A DNA stretch of 64,000 bases from Octopus bimaculoides (Eukaryota): contig NC_068981.1 of the NCBI RefSeq assembly GCF_001194135.2, forward strand, positions 6,554,632 to 6,618,631. The letters run 5' to 3'. This document shows positions 62,187 through 64,000 of this stretch, in pieces (position 1 is the stretch's first letter; each line of letters opens with the position of its first letter). The translations under genes and the position numbers were made by a program. Under the pieces are notes generated by a model. It worked only from the letters and a program-made list of their open reading frames with translations. It had not been told where the DNA came from and ran no database searches.

Positions 62187-62303
62187 GCATAAGATTGCTG
62201 ATAACCTGAATCTCATATTTCCCTTTTAAGTCAAGCATTTAGAAGAAATGACCCTTCATGGAGACACACATAAACACACACATAAATACACACACACACA
62301 TAA

Positions 62304-62368
<65 letters not shown>

Positions 62369-63699
62369 CACACACGCATACATACATCCACCCACACATT
62401 TGATTCTCTTTCTCTCTCTTTCACTCTCTTTCTCTCTCCCCTACTCACCGTTAATCTCTTTTCTCAATCTCTACCTGTTGCTCATGCATTCCTTTTCCTA
62501 CCCTCCCCCACTTTCTCTCTGTCTCCCATTCTACACACTCTACACATACATATTACACGCGTATATATATATATGTGTATATATTTTTTATACATACAAT
62601 CATATATATATAAATATATATATATGTATGTATATAAATATATGTCTCTCTCTCTTTCTTCCTCTCTCTCTCTCTATGTATATACATTATGCATGTTATA
62701 TGTATACATAGATGTATATATATTTATGTGTGTATGTATATATACATATATATATNNNNNNNNNNNNNNNNNNNNNNNNNNNNNNNNNNNNNNNNNNNNN
62801 NNNNNNNNNNNNNNNNNNNNNNNNNNNNNNNNNNNNNNNNNNNNNNNNNNNNNNNNNNNNNNNNNNNNNNNNNNNNNNNNNNNNNNNNNNNNNNNNNNNN
62901 NNNNNNNNNNNNNNNNNNNNNNNNNNNNNNNNNNNNNNNNNNNNNNNNNNNNNNNNNNNNNNNNNNNNNNNNNNNNTATAATTATATATAAAACCACGCA
63001 CGCACAGCACACACACACAGAGGCGCACACACATATATACACATATTACCCTGCTTCTATTAATCTTCATCACCCATTTACAGACTCAATGTAGTTTTTT
63101 CTTTATTTCCTCTCAGTTTTCTTTCATTTATTTATTTATTTTTATTTTACGATTCCTTTCCTTCCTGTTTATCGTTTCGAATTTTTATTTTTTTATTGAA
63201 CTTTTAAGATTAATTAGTTTAAAAACAACAGCAACAACAACATCAAAAATTGTTATTAGTAATTAAACAGCAGTAATAATAAACAAACTAGATTTTTTTT
63301 CTGATTCAAAAATGAAATTTGTTGTAAAACAACAATAAGAAGACGAATATAATTTCTAATGCTCTTCTGGTCTCTCTCTCTCTCGCTCTCTCTCTCACTC
63401 ATAATTTTGGGTCTGGCAGAGGTGAGGGTGGTTGTTTAATATTTTTGCTTTTCTCTTTGTCTTCTTCCTTGTTTGTTTTTTTTGTTCAACTTCGGGTTTC
63501 CTCGTTCGTCATGTGGAATTCCCGCTTCACAAGCTACAACAACGTTCACAAGGTTAACAACAACAAAAGCAACAACAACTATGACGACGACGACGACAAC
63601 AACAGTAACAGCACCAACAGAAGCAGTAGCAGCGGCCGCAGGAGTAGCTACGACAGCTACAGTTACAAAGGAACAGCAGCAGCAGCACAGCCAGCGATT

Positions 63700-63776
63700 A
63701 CAATGAAACAACAGCAACAACAACAACAACAACAACAACAACTACAATAATAATAATAATAATAATGATAATAAGG

Positions 63777-63813
<37 letters not shown>

Positions 63814-63833
63814 TAATAATGATAATGATGATG

Positions 63834-63906
<73 letters not shown>

Positions 63907-64000
63907 CAATAATAATAATAACAAAAAAGAAAAATAACGACAAACAGTGATAAGAAGAGGGGTAAGACCAAGCAACAACAACAACAACAACAACAACAAC
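63700..64000. repeat. (CAA)n/(AAT)n compound microsatellite
   Basis: Direct inspection. Confidence 0.95.

Noticed and set aside
1-64000. CRISPR arrays, operons or other prokaryotic systems
   Set aside because: No regularly spaced repeat-spacer arrays or dense gene-length ORFs; the window is repeat-rich eukaryotic DNA.

Overview
AT-rich, microsatellite-dense eukaryotic draft-assembly DNA with many N gaps. The SINE families and repeat landscape suggest an octopus genome (inferred from memory, not checked). No complete host gene is recognisable. Almost all entries in the ORF track are artefacts of microsatellites or N runs. What the sequence does support is a dense collection of mobile-element relics: about 25 tRNA-type SINE copies in three families, R4/Dong-like, HERO-like, Tx1-like, CR1-like and RTE LINE fragments, mariner and other Tc1/mariner relics, and a hAT MITE with a target-site duplication (TSD). 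The most notable signal is three minimal type I hammerhead-ribozyme (HHR) motifs within 14 kb, each in a different short non-coding element. One lies in a tRNA-headed SINE with a 10-bp TSD (20362-20692). One lies in the loop of a foldback element with ~126-bp arms (24448-24823). One lies next to a ~125-bp near-perfect hairpin (10478-10860). Also seen: an RTE insertion with twin-priming inversion geometry, two restriction-like-endonuclease (REL) LINE families tied to different microsatellites, a TATA+Inr promoter cassette with tandem GTCACGTGAC boxes, and a few low-confidence candidate exons.
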